The translations under genes were made by a program, and so were the position numbers. The notes beneath the pieces are model-generated. The model ran no database searches, was not told the DNA's origin, and saw nothing but the letters and a program-made list of their open reading frames with translations. Positions 48,614 through 60,877 of a stretch of DNA of 64,000 nucleotides are shown here, piece by piece (positions within the stretch are counted from its first letter, which is position 1; the number at the start of each line of letters is the position of its first letter). The stretch is from positions 740 to 64,739 of the forward strand of contig JAUCBJ010005087.1 of NCBI GenBank assembly GCA_032718475.1, in the 5' to 3' direction. The stretch is from Nemertoderma westbladi. Lineage: Eukaryota; Animalia; Xenacoelomorpha.

Positions 48614-49812
48614 TGTTCGCGCTTTTAGACCTTTAGCAGTTTAACCTGCCAAATTTAGGTGTCTTCTAGGTTATAAATCGACTTTAGCCTATGACAAGAA
48701 TTTGATACACTACATTAGCCGAAGCCAGCCTATGCGCGACCATTCACCCACTGGATTTACCCGGGAGACTGGATTCGGAAGCTCTGACCTTATTGCGGTG
48801 TAGGCCTACTGTATTATTCGATTGATCGTTAATATATAATCTCTGACAAATATTATTCACTTTCGGGAAATATCAACAGTTCCTTTAGGACGTGGCGCTC
48901 TAAGTATATAAACAGAGTTATGACTTACACTAAACACAACAGGATGGCTATTGATTCACGTATAAAGCGCATTCTTTAGGAGATGCTTTGTTATCTATCA
49001 AACTCATGCACATTACCGCACAATGCTGCACACCGATCTGCCGACCTTCACTAATTTTAGTCACATATAAAGAGAACAGCAACCGACACATGTAGGGCCT
49101 ATGAAATAGCATTAGATTCACTCCAAAACCACTATAATGTAAGTCGCAATTGCTATATGTAACCGGTCTCTCACCTTCAGTATATCAAGAAGATTGGGGT
49201 TTTATGATTATTTATCGATATTCTCCAAATATAACAATATTCCATCAAATAAACCATAATAACCGACAGTAAATAGCAGTAAAATAATGCGGTGAAAGGT
49301 ACGTTCTGGCATTTGAGTCTGACCAGTTCGGTTTGTGATGTGCTATGCATTATGATATGGTTTGATAACAGTTATACGTTTCTATGATCAAAGCCGTTCT
49401 AATGTTTGGCTAAAGTCTGAAACACAGAATAATTCCACAGCCGATGTTCTGGCATCATGAAAAAAGGTAAACAAAGACCATAATGCATTGCGCGATTTCC
49501 CGGAGGCTTCTGTACAAATAAAATGAAAATCGCTCTGATTGGTCGACAGAACAAAGAACAAAGAAAAAGTTACACGTGGACATATCAGCTGATAGATGTC
49601 GTCATCTGAACTTACACTGTATCAAGAGTATTTTGGCGTATTGCGACATAAAATCGCTAGTTATGTCCGTTAAAGTACACATACAGAAGAAATGGCTTTT
49701 TATGTCCACTAAAACACCGGTACAGTAAGGAAACGGCTTTTTATGTACGCTAAAACACCTACAGAGTACTTTGCGGGGAAAATGACTAGCTAATTCCGCA
49801 AAAGCCTTTACA
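48614..49812 (-). repeat. 5' LTR of element B
   Basis: Copy of 33655-34853. Confidence 0.95.
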
Positions 49813-51374
49813 TCCGTTCAGAGACTTCCTGAGGACTTTCAAAGTTAATTGTCAAAATTTAGGTCTTTCTGGAGTTAATAAAACGACCAACACTAGAAGC
49901 AGCATGTTCTAATGAGCTGAGGAGCCGTTGGGCTCCCTCTAGTGATTCTGAGAGTACTCCTAAGCCATCAGCAAAGTCTAGATCAGTTAGGTACTTGGCA
50001 GGATTTCCTCGACTTCTGGAGCCAGTAGGTGGAGTTATCATCACCCCATCATCATTATGATGATCTAAGGACATGCGTAGAACATAGTCAACAACAATTA
50101 TGAACAAGAATGGTGCAAGTGTGTCTCCCTGGAGGACGCCCCATAACACTTCAAATGGTTCTGTGTCACCGTCAACAGTAGACACAAATGTTGTCGAACC
50201 ATCGTATACTGATCTGATTGCTGCAATAATTTCATCAGGAATCCCATATAATGAAAGTATGCTGAACGTGAACATACGTGAGTGAGAGACTGAATCAAAG
50301 GCCTTGAAGAAGTCAAAAAGATAACAGCCAGATGCCTGTCTTTATTTTTGATAACTCTTCAATTATCCTTCTAAGTGCCAAAATGGGCTCCATGGTCCCA
50401 CGACCTTTACGGAACCCATTCTGATTTCCACGGAGCAGTCTCTCAATGGGATCCCTGATGCGATTTAATAGAATTCTATTGTATAGCTTTGCAGCAATCG
50501 AGATCAATGAGATTCCCCGAAAAGAACCATAGAGTGTTAGGTTGCCCTTCTTGGGAACTGGCACCAACTTATTTGTTTTCATTTCTTGTGGGACTCTTGT
50601 TGTTCGGTACATGTCTACTACAGTATGATGGGATAGATGAGCTTTAAACACTCAGGTATTTTAAAGACCTCAGGGTGAACACCATCTAATCCACTGGCAC
50701 GATTGGTCTTAAAGCTCTTTGCAGCAGCCTTCACTTCTGCAAAGGAGATATCACCAATGGGAATATCTGGGAGTACAGACTCAGACACTTTTACTTCTAT
50801 AAAGTTATCAGCCCAATACCCTGTCATTATTGAGGAGCTTTTCAAAGTGGGCCTTCCAACCATTGAGGCGATCGGCTGGTGATTGGTGATTCAGCCTTAA
50901 CCTTGGTGGTTGGTTGGCTTTTTCGACCAGCAAGCAAGTTGATCGATCTCCATGCCTGGGGTGATTGCCTGCTGTTGTCAGCATCATTGATGGCATCAAC
51001 CTGTTGGTTTATTAGCTCCTGTAAATTAACAGAGTACTGCCTGTTCAGGGACCTAGATGCAGCCTTAACGGCATTCTTGGCCTCTGTAGTCTGTTTGAGT
51101 CGGGACTCTTTCTGCGCCTTGTAGAGGTCATTTCGGCACTTTTGAATTTTGTTGTCAGTCAAGGGGGCCCGTTTTCTGTTTCGAGGGTATACAGGAACTG
51201 TTTCTGCAGCTGCTAACTTAACTGCCTCTGTGAAGGCAGTATAGCCCTCACAGTGATCTGCCGCCCCAGAGGCAAGAACCTCATACCTGTTGCTCAGCTG
51301 TAGTGTGAAGCTGCATCTCACACTTGGCTGTTGCAACAGAGAGGACCAGTCATGCCGCGGCAAAGCAGATTTCG
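49813..51374 (-). mobile_element. 5' part of the 5'-truncated RTE LINE (RT domain)
   Basis: PVPKKGNL, RGISL, NQNGFRKGR, GVLQGDTLAPFLFIIVVD and DLDFADG motifs. Joins 33654 once element B is removed. Confidence 0.9.
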
Positions 51375-52517
51375 ATATTTGTATCAGGTTGCTAAATAAT
51401 AATCCGTATTTGTATTTCCACTTTTATTAAAGGATATACTGTATATAGAGAGTTTGATTTTAGTGGTTGTCCAGTCCACTGCATTTATTTTTTTCAAATG
51501 GAAATTGTTCATAATTCCTCTCCAATGTACCTACAGTACCTTAGAAAGTAACTAGAAATCATAACATCGACTTATAAATGAGGAATGCTAGGCCTATGAT
51601 GAATGCAGATTAAGATCCAAGTATACCATCGGAGGTCAGAGATAGGGGGTCAGTAGGCTACGGGATTACCCAACATGCACAGGGGCCCCACCAGTTTATC
51701 ACACACACCTGATCTATCATACACAAGATAGTGCGGGGGGGGGGGGGGGGGGTGCACAACGCCTTCCAGTCTTCAGCCTGTTCTGAGGGGGGTTGTAATA
51801 ATAAATACCACCCCTTTTCTTTGCTTAGGGCTGGCATCTTTAATCCAATCTTACTCTTGTTCTATACATGTGGTATTTCTATTTGTTCTAACGCTGTGTG
51901 TACAGTAGGAGCCCGAAGTACTACCTGTAATATTGGTAAAACTACTAGAGCTGGTAATATTGTAAGCATCTATTCAAAAAAAATATCGATTTTAACAATA
52001 TATTATTCTACTTTGTATCTTTCTATGTGCTGGAAAAAAGGTTGTCAGTTTTGGTTTAGTATTTCTGTGGATGGTTCTTGTTCGGCAGGTGTCCAAGACA
52101 GGTTACGCATATTGGAGGTACCGGTGTACCGGTAGGCCTACCGAATATAGTGCATAGGGTTACCGCTTCATCATACAATAGATAGGCTCTCGCTGGGATT
52201 CCAATATTTATTCTTGACCATATCTTATTGCTATTGTATGTATACGGATAGGCTTCTTAAGTGCTTCACCAACCTTTTCTACGGCTTAGAGTTAGCATGG
52301 TGTGCTATTAAGTACAGCTTGTATTATAACAGTTTAGTTATTGTGACGTATGTACGGATGTAGTTTCAAATCTTATCAAAATGTTTTTATAAAATGAAGC
52401 GAAGCAAAATTACTAGAAGCTGAAAAAGTATTATTCTTCTATTTCTATCGATTACTTATATTTAATCAGCTGTGGGTTACATTTTATGAAGATCTCTGTT
52501 GCAGTTTATTTCATGGC

Positions 52518-52778
52518 CGCTTTGCAGGACATTGCTTTCGCCGTGAGGACCAGCCAGTGCATAATCTTGTACTTTGGCAGCCTCATGGAGTGAATAAGTA
52601 TGGTGGACAGCCCATGACATTCTTGAGACGCATCTTAAAGGACACTGGCCTTGAAGATGCGGATGATCTAGCAAATGTCATGGGTGATAGGGAGTTGTGG
52701 CGGTGCAATTTTGTCGATAAGCCGGCACAGCATTCTTAAAAATACAGCTGCAATGCAGCATGCCGATCCTAGTAGTAG
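52518..52778 (+). mobile_element. Short 3'-end insertion of the same RTE family
   Basis: Near-identical to 32991-33255 (reverse complement). (TAG)n tail. 12-bp TSD TTATTTCATGGC (52506-52517, 52779-52790). Confidence 0.9.
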
Positions 52779-53396
52779 TTATTTCATGGCTGAGTTAATT
52801 TATTAGTCTTTGAAACGATCTTTCCTTCTCTTGGGGTTTCTTTTTTTCTCTTCGAATTCATCGAGTCGATGGTATGGACCGACCAGCTCCAATACAATTC
52901 ACACTTCACACTAGAACGTGCGAGAATTCGAAACGCGAAGAAACCTTGGCTCACAGACAGGCTCCACAACACAGCAATGAGGAAACGTGATATATAATTT
53001 TGTACATAAACAAACAAGAATCCCGCCCACTTCAAAACATCTCATTGCATTTAAAATTTACAGGAACATATTAGATGCCTTATTGGGTTCGGCGAAAAAG
53101 AATCACACATTGAAATTGTACATATGGTTGTGTCTTAGTTACAGTAGTTCTTATAATGAATCGTTTCCCGCCAATTTCGTTAAAACTTTTATGATTTTCA
53201 TGTACAGTATGTATGCCAATATGAATTAATTTATTATTGGTGTTATGGGTGTATGTATCCCCAACCCTACCGTGAATACGGTAGTGTTGAGCAAAGTGGC
53301 AACATATTATGGTATTCACAGTTGGGAGGCCATGAGGAGGTAAATTACGGACATACAAGGTATCAGATAGTATTTCCAGGTCTATCTTTTACCTGT

Positions 53397-53530
53397 GCCG
53401 CTAGCTGAATGGTTAGAGCGTCAGACTTCCAACTCGGAGGTCTCCAGTTCGATCCCACCTGGACGTCTTTGCCGACTTTGCAAAAGCTGTACCCAACTAA
53501 AAGTCCATAATAATATGAATTAATGAATGA
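53397..53530 (+). mobile_element. tRNA-derived short SINE or tRNA-like relic
   Basis: TAGCTGAATGGTTAGAGCG (A box) and AGTTCGATCC (B box). No proper acceptor stem. (AATG)-like tail. Confidence 0.55.
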
Positions 53531-53986
53531 GGCAGTAGTAATTTATGACTTTACTGTAGGTATAAGTGGTGGTATAAGTGAAAATCTTTCAGATCATTCA
53601 CCAGTACAGCTACAAACCATTGTACATGTACATAACTACTGTACCACACAATCCTACGATAAGCCGAAACCAACATGCAGCCATACACTTAACAGTCACT
53701 TAGCAGCCATATATTAAACAGTTTTATTGGGCAAGGGCATCAAAGGATTCTATAGCCCTGTACGTACAGGGACGATTGGATAACTAGCATCTAACAACTC
53801 TTAGGGATAACATGCATAAAGACTGTTCAAATTTGTCCCCATCTGACTTAGATTTATTTCGTGAAACAAACAAACAATATTCTAGAAAACTCTGCACCAT
53901 ACCAGACACATTAAGTTGCTAAAACGCATAGGAAACTGTCAAAGAATACAAGTAATGACAAATAAAAAAGACAAAAAAGACAAATA

Positions 53987-54240
53987 ATGTGGGGCGAGCC
54001 ACGAAGTGAGTGAGCCTTAGCGTAGTGGTACCATTAATCAACCTGTCGTTCTGTCGTTCTGTCGTTCTGTCGCGTCCAATTTTAAACGTTAATAACTCAG
54101 CCAATCTTTCATGAAATCTATCCAAACTTGGTACACATGTTGTTTGGCAAAAGTTTAGAAATTTTCCAAGTAGAATTTCCGTGTGGCCTTCGAGAAGCTA
54201 AGATAATAGCAGTTAATTAGTTAATTAAGTTGATTACGGT
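53987..54240 (-). mobile_element. DINE/Helentron-like repeat end, minus strand
   Basis: TGTGGGGCGAGCCACGAAGT is the reverse complement of the end motif at ~10635-10653. Has a (CTGTCGTT)n microsatellite and a CCAAACTTGG core. Confidence 0.55.
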
Positions 54241-55829
54241 AAAAACACCATTTTCAACCTGCCTGTTAAAGGAAATTAATTGTTTTACAGTATAAGATTT
54301 AAATAATTATACTTAAAAATTATACAGATGTAATCCACATACGCCATTCTATTATAGTTTTTAATTAGTTCAAGTGATTTGCTTTATTAATTGTGTCTTT
54401 AATTGATCTAAAGTAATTAAAACGTCATAAAAAATTTATTCTCATTAAATACTGCTCATTTATTGGCTAACATGCTGGTACGATGGAAGGATGTGTGTGT
54501 AAGGCAGCTAGTGCTGGGAATGATTATTGGTCAAGTCTCTGCTGGTGTGGAGCTAGCTGGGAGTTGTGGCTGTAGACTAACCAGAGAGAAATTGTAATAG
54601 GCAACCAGTATTGCTATTCCAGCCCAGGCAGCATTCCAACATCCCAACATCCTTCCTGTATTGACTCTACTATAAGTGTTGTATTGCTATCTCAGGTAAA
54701 TGACAGATATAATAACATAAATACCATCCATGGCATGGCTGTTGTGTAGGCTTATCTGAAATAGTTTATTCCACAATGTATATGTCTGGTTATTTTTTAA
54801 TTGAATTTTTGCAAAGTAGTAAAATTAATGTTCTTAAAAATAATATTATTATTTTATATGTAACCTAGGAAATTAGCTACATTTTTTCGCTGCAGCTTTA
54901 AGAGTGTACATTGATTTAATATTATTTCAATACCCATATTACTACATCGGCATAAGATGCGTTGGCGTTGTATCACACATCTCCACATATCACACATCTC
55001 CACATATCACACATCTCCACATAGATGTATCGCACAGTTTCGAAACTTCGCATAGTTATAACTGTATAAAGATCGTCAGTCTGCGTTTAGGAAAAATATT
55101 TTATGACAAAACAGGACAAGCGACGAGCGCAACGAGGCATATAATGAAGACGAGTACCTCGTTGACTAAATTATTATATAAACCACCTGGCTTCACATAT
55201 TGATCGCATCCCTAATTATTATTATTATAAATATCGTCAGCCTGCGTTTAAGAAATATATTTAAATACAAAACAGGACGAACGCAAAGAGGCTTATAATG
55301 AAAACGAGTACTGCGTTTATTATATTCCTATAAACCACCTGGCTTTGCATATTTAACGTGCGATTGGAAATAAGTTCGTGCTACCCTTCCGTGGGTGGTA
55401 GATGTCCCGGTTATGTATTGGTGGTTGGGAAGGTTGGGGGGGGGGGGGGGGGGATTAAAAGGGGTGAACACGTACTGTCCCCCTTTCTTTGATTGATTGG
55501 TGGTGTGGGTAAATTTCTCAAAACCTGATTTTGTGATACAGTCGCTCAATTTTAATTTGTATCTAATAACTGGGCCTCGTGCTGCGCGAAGGCCCCACGA
55601 ACGTGTACTAAAGGATTATAGTAACACTAATAAGTTTGGAAATGCTGTGGAAAGAAAAGTGATGACCCATCGAAATCAATGAGGCACGCAAGGCAACGCG
55701 CCGCTTAAGGAACCATGTACAGAAAGGTTTTATCAATGAAATTTTAAGCTAATAAATTAATAAAATTAATAAATTAATAAATTTAGCATAAACTCGCGTT
55801 ATAGAAACCCAAGGTAATTCTGGCAAAGA

Positions 55830-56260
55830 GTTTCGCCATTTATATGTGTCAGGTTGACATCGACAGTGCTTTTGATGGAGTAGATGACAACACTTTATTC
55901 TCCCGCCTAAAAATCAACATAAATCACCACATATGACGATTGCTACTGAAATACTGTGAAATAATGTTTCCTACAATTTGGCTGTCTAGTAGATTACAGT
56001 GGATTCAGGATAAAAGTAGGATTGAGACAGGGATTCTTAATCTCGCCAGTTTTGTTCAATTACTACAGTACATGTTTATGTTGCCTTAAACGATTCTGGA
56101 CTCGGTTGCGTGGTACTAAATGAATGGATTAGTATTATTGGTTACGCCGATGATCTTCTGCTTTTTAGCCCAATACAAGCAAACATGGTAGAGTTGGTTA
56201 ACCTTGCCTCAAAGGAGCTGGATAAACTCAGCTTATCTATAAATAAAAAAGAAACAGGTA
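55830..56260 (+). pseudogene. Highly decayed LINE RT fragment (non-RTE)
   Basis: SAFDGV, VGLRQGFLISPVLFNY and IGYADDLLL motifs. Confidence 0.65.
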
Positions 56261-57150
56261 AAACCTCGAGTCTTACACCCCACAAACTAACAAAAAACAT
56301 AGAATCAGGACATTAACGACCAAAATAGTACTCAGCCACTAGAGCCATCAAAAACCACAAACAATACAAACAAACAACAACATAAACAAAACAACAAACA
56401 AAATACACAAATATTTTAATTCAGCTCAACATAGGCCTACAGGTATGTATCGCACCCTAACCCTAAGCCCAACCGCCATACACTAAATGATACCGATATT
56501 ATACTGCACAAATAGTATTAGACTTTCTAGGACATATTACTACATAAGGCTGTAAGGTGGATAGCAAGTACTTTATCACAATTTTTAAGAGAACCAAATA
56601 GAGGGTATATCGCTTACCGACTTGGAGATAACGGAGACCGACTTGCTCTCTTCTATATATAGGTAACTATGTCAACAACAACAATACCATATCCTTGTTA
56701 TTTCACACCAACAGATTCTCAACCATAGGATTCTTGCGGAGTACTGTAGTGTGCAGTTAGTACCGTAGAACGTGTTAAGATTTGTCCAAATCATCTAAAT
56801 TAAGAGATTTGTTTGTTTCTTTGTCTCCATTAATATGAACACTAAATACACTGGTTTAAGCAGCGCATACCGTGTACCGCTAAAAAGAGATTTAACCTCC
56901 CAGAACTCTCATCCTTCATTGATTGCAATTATTATGACCCTGCCAATACAGTATAAGAGAGCGTTGCGTTAGCGTCAATGCGATTCAAAGCAAGTGGATT
57001 GCTAATTATAGTTTTTTTTAGTGCGATTTCATTCACTAAGGCAACAGATACAGTATATCCGAATTGTACACTGACACATTTGAATTTTACGTCGAATTTC
57101 CCCTGGAGAGGAATGAATTTTTATTGCGTCCAGTTTCCCCCATCTGAATA

Positions 57151-58041
57151 CACCATGTCCTGGAATATAGTGTCGTTATTCAAGTACCTGAACACCCCAG
57201 CCCAATTTTTTCGACAAATCTTAATAAGATTGCATGAAATTTGAAACAGTGATAGTTTTACCCCCCTCCTTGCTGGGTGAGCCAGAATTATTATTTTTGC
57301 TTTCATTCTTTAGATACAAGCGTTTGAAAAAGGTGTCTCCGGTGATATTTTACCAGTTACACTGCAGTTATTCATGAACCTTATCGTTGGTAGAAATAGA
57401 AAGCTAACCATGCAAGGATTCCAAAAATGTAAAAATATTTGAATTTGGTTGGGAAATAGCTGAGATATGAGCGTTCAAAAGTTGCATGGTTTTACACCTG
57501 CGCGAGGCTGTTTTATTCTATTAACTAAAAACACAATATTCTAGAACATTTTGTTTATGTATAAATAGCTACACAATAGTATGTTTAAAGAAACATTACA
57601 TTGTTACCCAGCTACGTTTGGGATAAACAAAATGTTCCAGAATATGATGTATTTATTAAATAGAATAAATGGCGTGCAGGGGAAGGAAATCCATGCAATT
57701 TTCGAATGCCCATATCTCGGCTATTTCTCAACCAAATTGAAACGTTTTCACATTGCTGGAATCCTTGCACGGTCCGCTTTTATTGGTACCAACATAACGT
57801 GATAAGGTTCAAGAATAACTGCAGTATAACTGGTGAAAAATCACAGGAGACACCTTTTTCAAACGCGTGTAGCTAAAGATTAAAACCAAAAATATAAATT
57901 CTGGTTCACCCAGCAAGGAGGAGGGAGGTGAAACTACAGTATCTCTGTTTCAAATTTCATGCAATCTCATTAAGATTTATAGAAAAATTTGGGGGAGGGT
58001 CCAGGTACTTGAATAACGACACTATATTCCAGGACATGGTG
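57151..58041. mobile_element. Tc1/mariner-type foldback MITE (almost wholly palindromic)
   Basis: TA|CACCATGTCCTGGAATATAGTGTCGTTATTCAAGTACCTG ... reverse complement|TA. Arms are ~400 bp. Confidence 0.88.
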
Positions 58042-59344
58042 TATATAACGTGTAATATATAGACGGCGATAGATATCGATTGGATATAGACGGATAGACG
58101 GATATAGATTGGCGAATTAATATCCCGCTTCAATGTTAAATTCTCAATTTAGGGAAAGGAGCAGGTTACAGTGGCACGTTATTTTAACCAAAACAATAAA
58201 CTAAACACAATAGAACAGGTTAAAGTTTTATTTTTGAGAGTATTCATCTGTTATTTGCGTCGAATTTCCCCTTGAGAGGGATGAATTTTTATTGCGTCCA
58301 GTTTCCCCCCCTATCTGAATATAAGGTACTGTATAATATATAACGCCATTTTTTTACGATTACTAGAACAGTTTAATAAGCTTCATATTTTGTACCGTCG
58401 TATATTGTGGAACTGTAGAGAGCGCAGTCTCTCAACGTTTAATATTTTCATAAGTCAGTACAGCAGTAAGTAAAACATAATAAGACATGCAGAAAGAATA
58501 CAGTAGTGATAGGTACATACTGCAGTACTGGTGCGGTGGTACTCGCATAGGTCAGCTTGAGTTCAATTCCGGTTCGGTGACCCCTAATATATATATATGG
58601 CCACTACAGAACGTTATTTAACGTAACGTGTGATTTACTGTTGCCCTGTAAATTGGGCGTGGTCCAAGTTGTTAAATAAGTGTGTTCTTAACCGACTAGA
58701 ATGTAATAACAACTACCAGGGGATTTCGTTAATCTCAACACTCGAATAATTTAGATATGTTAATAGCCGGGAGATTATTTTTATAATAGGTAAGGTAGCC
58801 TTCAAATCCAGAGAACAGAAGGTTGTGGAAAGAGGCTTGGAAGACTTATCTAAGTTACTAAATTACCTGTTCAACTTACAGTAATTACCGACCAAGTATA
58901 TGGAGAAGATGAATTCAACTAGCCATCAAAACCAGAAAACCACAGAGACAGAACAGATCGGACTTTGGAGACCAAAGTTTATTTTGTACATTTTTTCTAT
59001 TCGAAAAATTTTCAAAATTTTACTACATTATAGTTGAGTATCTTCAAAATTGATCTCAAAGATTCAGACAGTTTAGTCTCCTACTCTTGTAAGACTTGTA
59101 TGTCCGCAATTTACCACATCATGGCTTCCCATCTGTCATACCATCATATACAGTACTAACCCTTCATGTGATAGGCCGGCATCGGTGATGTTATGGCACT
59201 GTTAATCTATGTGAACCTTTTCTCCATGCCTTTGTTGAAAGCCGTTTTTCAAAAAAAGTAATTCCTGTGCGGTTGTGAGATTTATTCCCTTTAAACAAAT
59301 AAATAGCGGACTGCTAGTTCAATAAAAAAAATATCTGACAAGTC

Positions 59345-60003
59345 TCGGACGCGACGGTGGCGGACCCACAGGCGCCCAGACGCTATCCGCCGGAGGCCGC
59401 ACTGCAGAGGAAGCGGAAACTCTAAAGATCCGCAAGTACCAGGAACTCATGGACCGGGGCTACCTCTTCCACCCGGTAGCCTACGAGACCTTGGGCCGCC
59501 CCGGCCCTGAAACATCCGAGTTCCTGAAGGTGATCGGGGCAAGACTCCACTCTGTTACCCAGGAGCCCCGATCTCACCGCTTCCTCCTGCAAAGACTGGC
59601 AATCGCCATCCTGGTCGGCAATGCGGCCTCCATTATGGGGACCGACCGTGGACCCCTCACTCACTAACAACGAGGGACTCTACGAGGTGGTCCATGGTCC
59701 CTAATACCCCCCCCCACCCGACGGAACAGACTTACACACCCCCCCCCTCCCCAATGAAACAGACTAACTTTCACCCCCCCCCCCCTAGCTTTCTTATTTT
59801 GTCATTCAATTATAGTAACTCATTTTAATTGTACTGTATATTTAGATATTAATATTGTGATTTTTTCAGTCTCTGATTTGTGGTTACAAATGTGAGCCCC
59901 TTGGTGTGCAACCGCTTTGGCAGTTGGCCTCCAAATAAGGTAATGGAATATGGAATACCTATCCCCCTCCCTCAGGCGACCTGGAAATAATAAACAAAAA
60001 AAA
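59345..60003 (+). pseudogene. 3' end of an RLE-type (CRE-like) non-LTR retrotransposon
   Basis: AEEAETLKIRKY...FHPVAYETLG..G...FLLQRLAIAILVGNAASIMG, a C-terminal pattern of restriction-like endonuclease elements. Followed by a 3' UTR and AATAAACAAAAAAAA. Confidence 0.7.
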
Positions 60004-60877
60004 CCCAAGCTAGTCCTGTCAGTTTCAGATGAAATCTATAAGATATGATTGTCTCAAGGGTAATGGTGTGAAAGACACATAAATTACAGTAGCTATCTAT
60101 CAGTTGTGTGTGCTGAGAGAGTATGAAAAAAATGAAGGAAGGCCCACTTTCCCTACCCTACCCTACCGGTATGTAATACAGTAGCTAACTAAATCACTAA
60201 TATTTTAAGTATAACCGCATGTGACTGTTCGATATCTCGGACATGGTGAATGTGTGTAGGCCTGAAGTTTTGTTGCGTTTTACCGTAGTATACAGATTTA
60301 TAACTCAAGATCTATAATCAAATACAGTAGAAGTAGAATCGTGACACAATTTATGTTCATTTGTGAAATATAAGTCCCTCCTACCACACTAATTCAGAAT
60401 AAAACCATAAGGTGTACATTGAGTGAATTAACATACAGTATTAACTGCGTTGAATATTGATTCACACTCACCACCGGTGCGTGAGCGGTTAACTACCCGT
60501 TGACAGGTAGTTCTGACTCAATGGTTAATATTGTGGTATTGAAGCGTTAAGCCAGCGGTACAATACCCTGAGCCCGTTAACACTCAACGGTAAGCCCTAA
60601 CGGTGCGGTAACTGGTCGTTTACAGTATATGTTCAGAGTTAATTCAACAGCCTAGACAATCATGTAATTTACATTTCATAATGTACTGTATTTCAATCGG
60701 TTACGGTAAACCTCGCGGTGTACCGCACAACTACAGTAATTTAGGTCGTTCCCAGTCAACGGTAATCCTAAACCATTTACCGCTCAGATACCGCTCGTAT
60801 ACTACAGGGTCGTTCACACTCAGCAGTGAACCGTGCTGTTGGAGGCGAACGGGCCTTTAGGGAGGGTACAGTGTGGA

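Larger units (their letters stand above)
33655..49812 (-). mobile_element. Element B: full-length (16.2 kb) BEL/Pao LTR retrotransposon, decayed, with an extra 3' ORF
   Basis: 1199-bp LTRs (33655-34853, 48614-49812; about 20 substitutions by eye). 5-bp TSD TCCGT (33650-33654, 49813-49817). PPT GGGAGCGG. Domain order gag-PR-RT-RH-IN. Confidence 0.95.

Noticed and set aside
53397-53470. Functional tRNA gene
   Set aside because: A and B boxes are present but the acceptor and T stems do not pair properly, so it is treated as a SINE head.
56978-57244. 88-aa ORF with signal-peptide-like start
   Set aside because: It runs through a dispersed repeat and a MITE arm, so it is probably a chance ORF.
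58790-58980. Possible PX-domain-like exon (KVVERGLEDLSKLLNYLFNL)
   Set aside because: The resemblance is too weak and the frame is interrupted.
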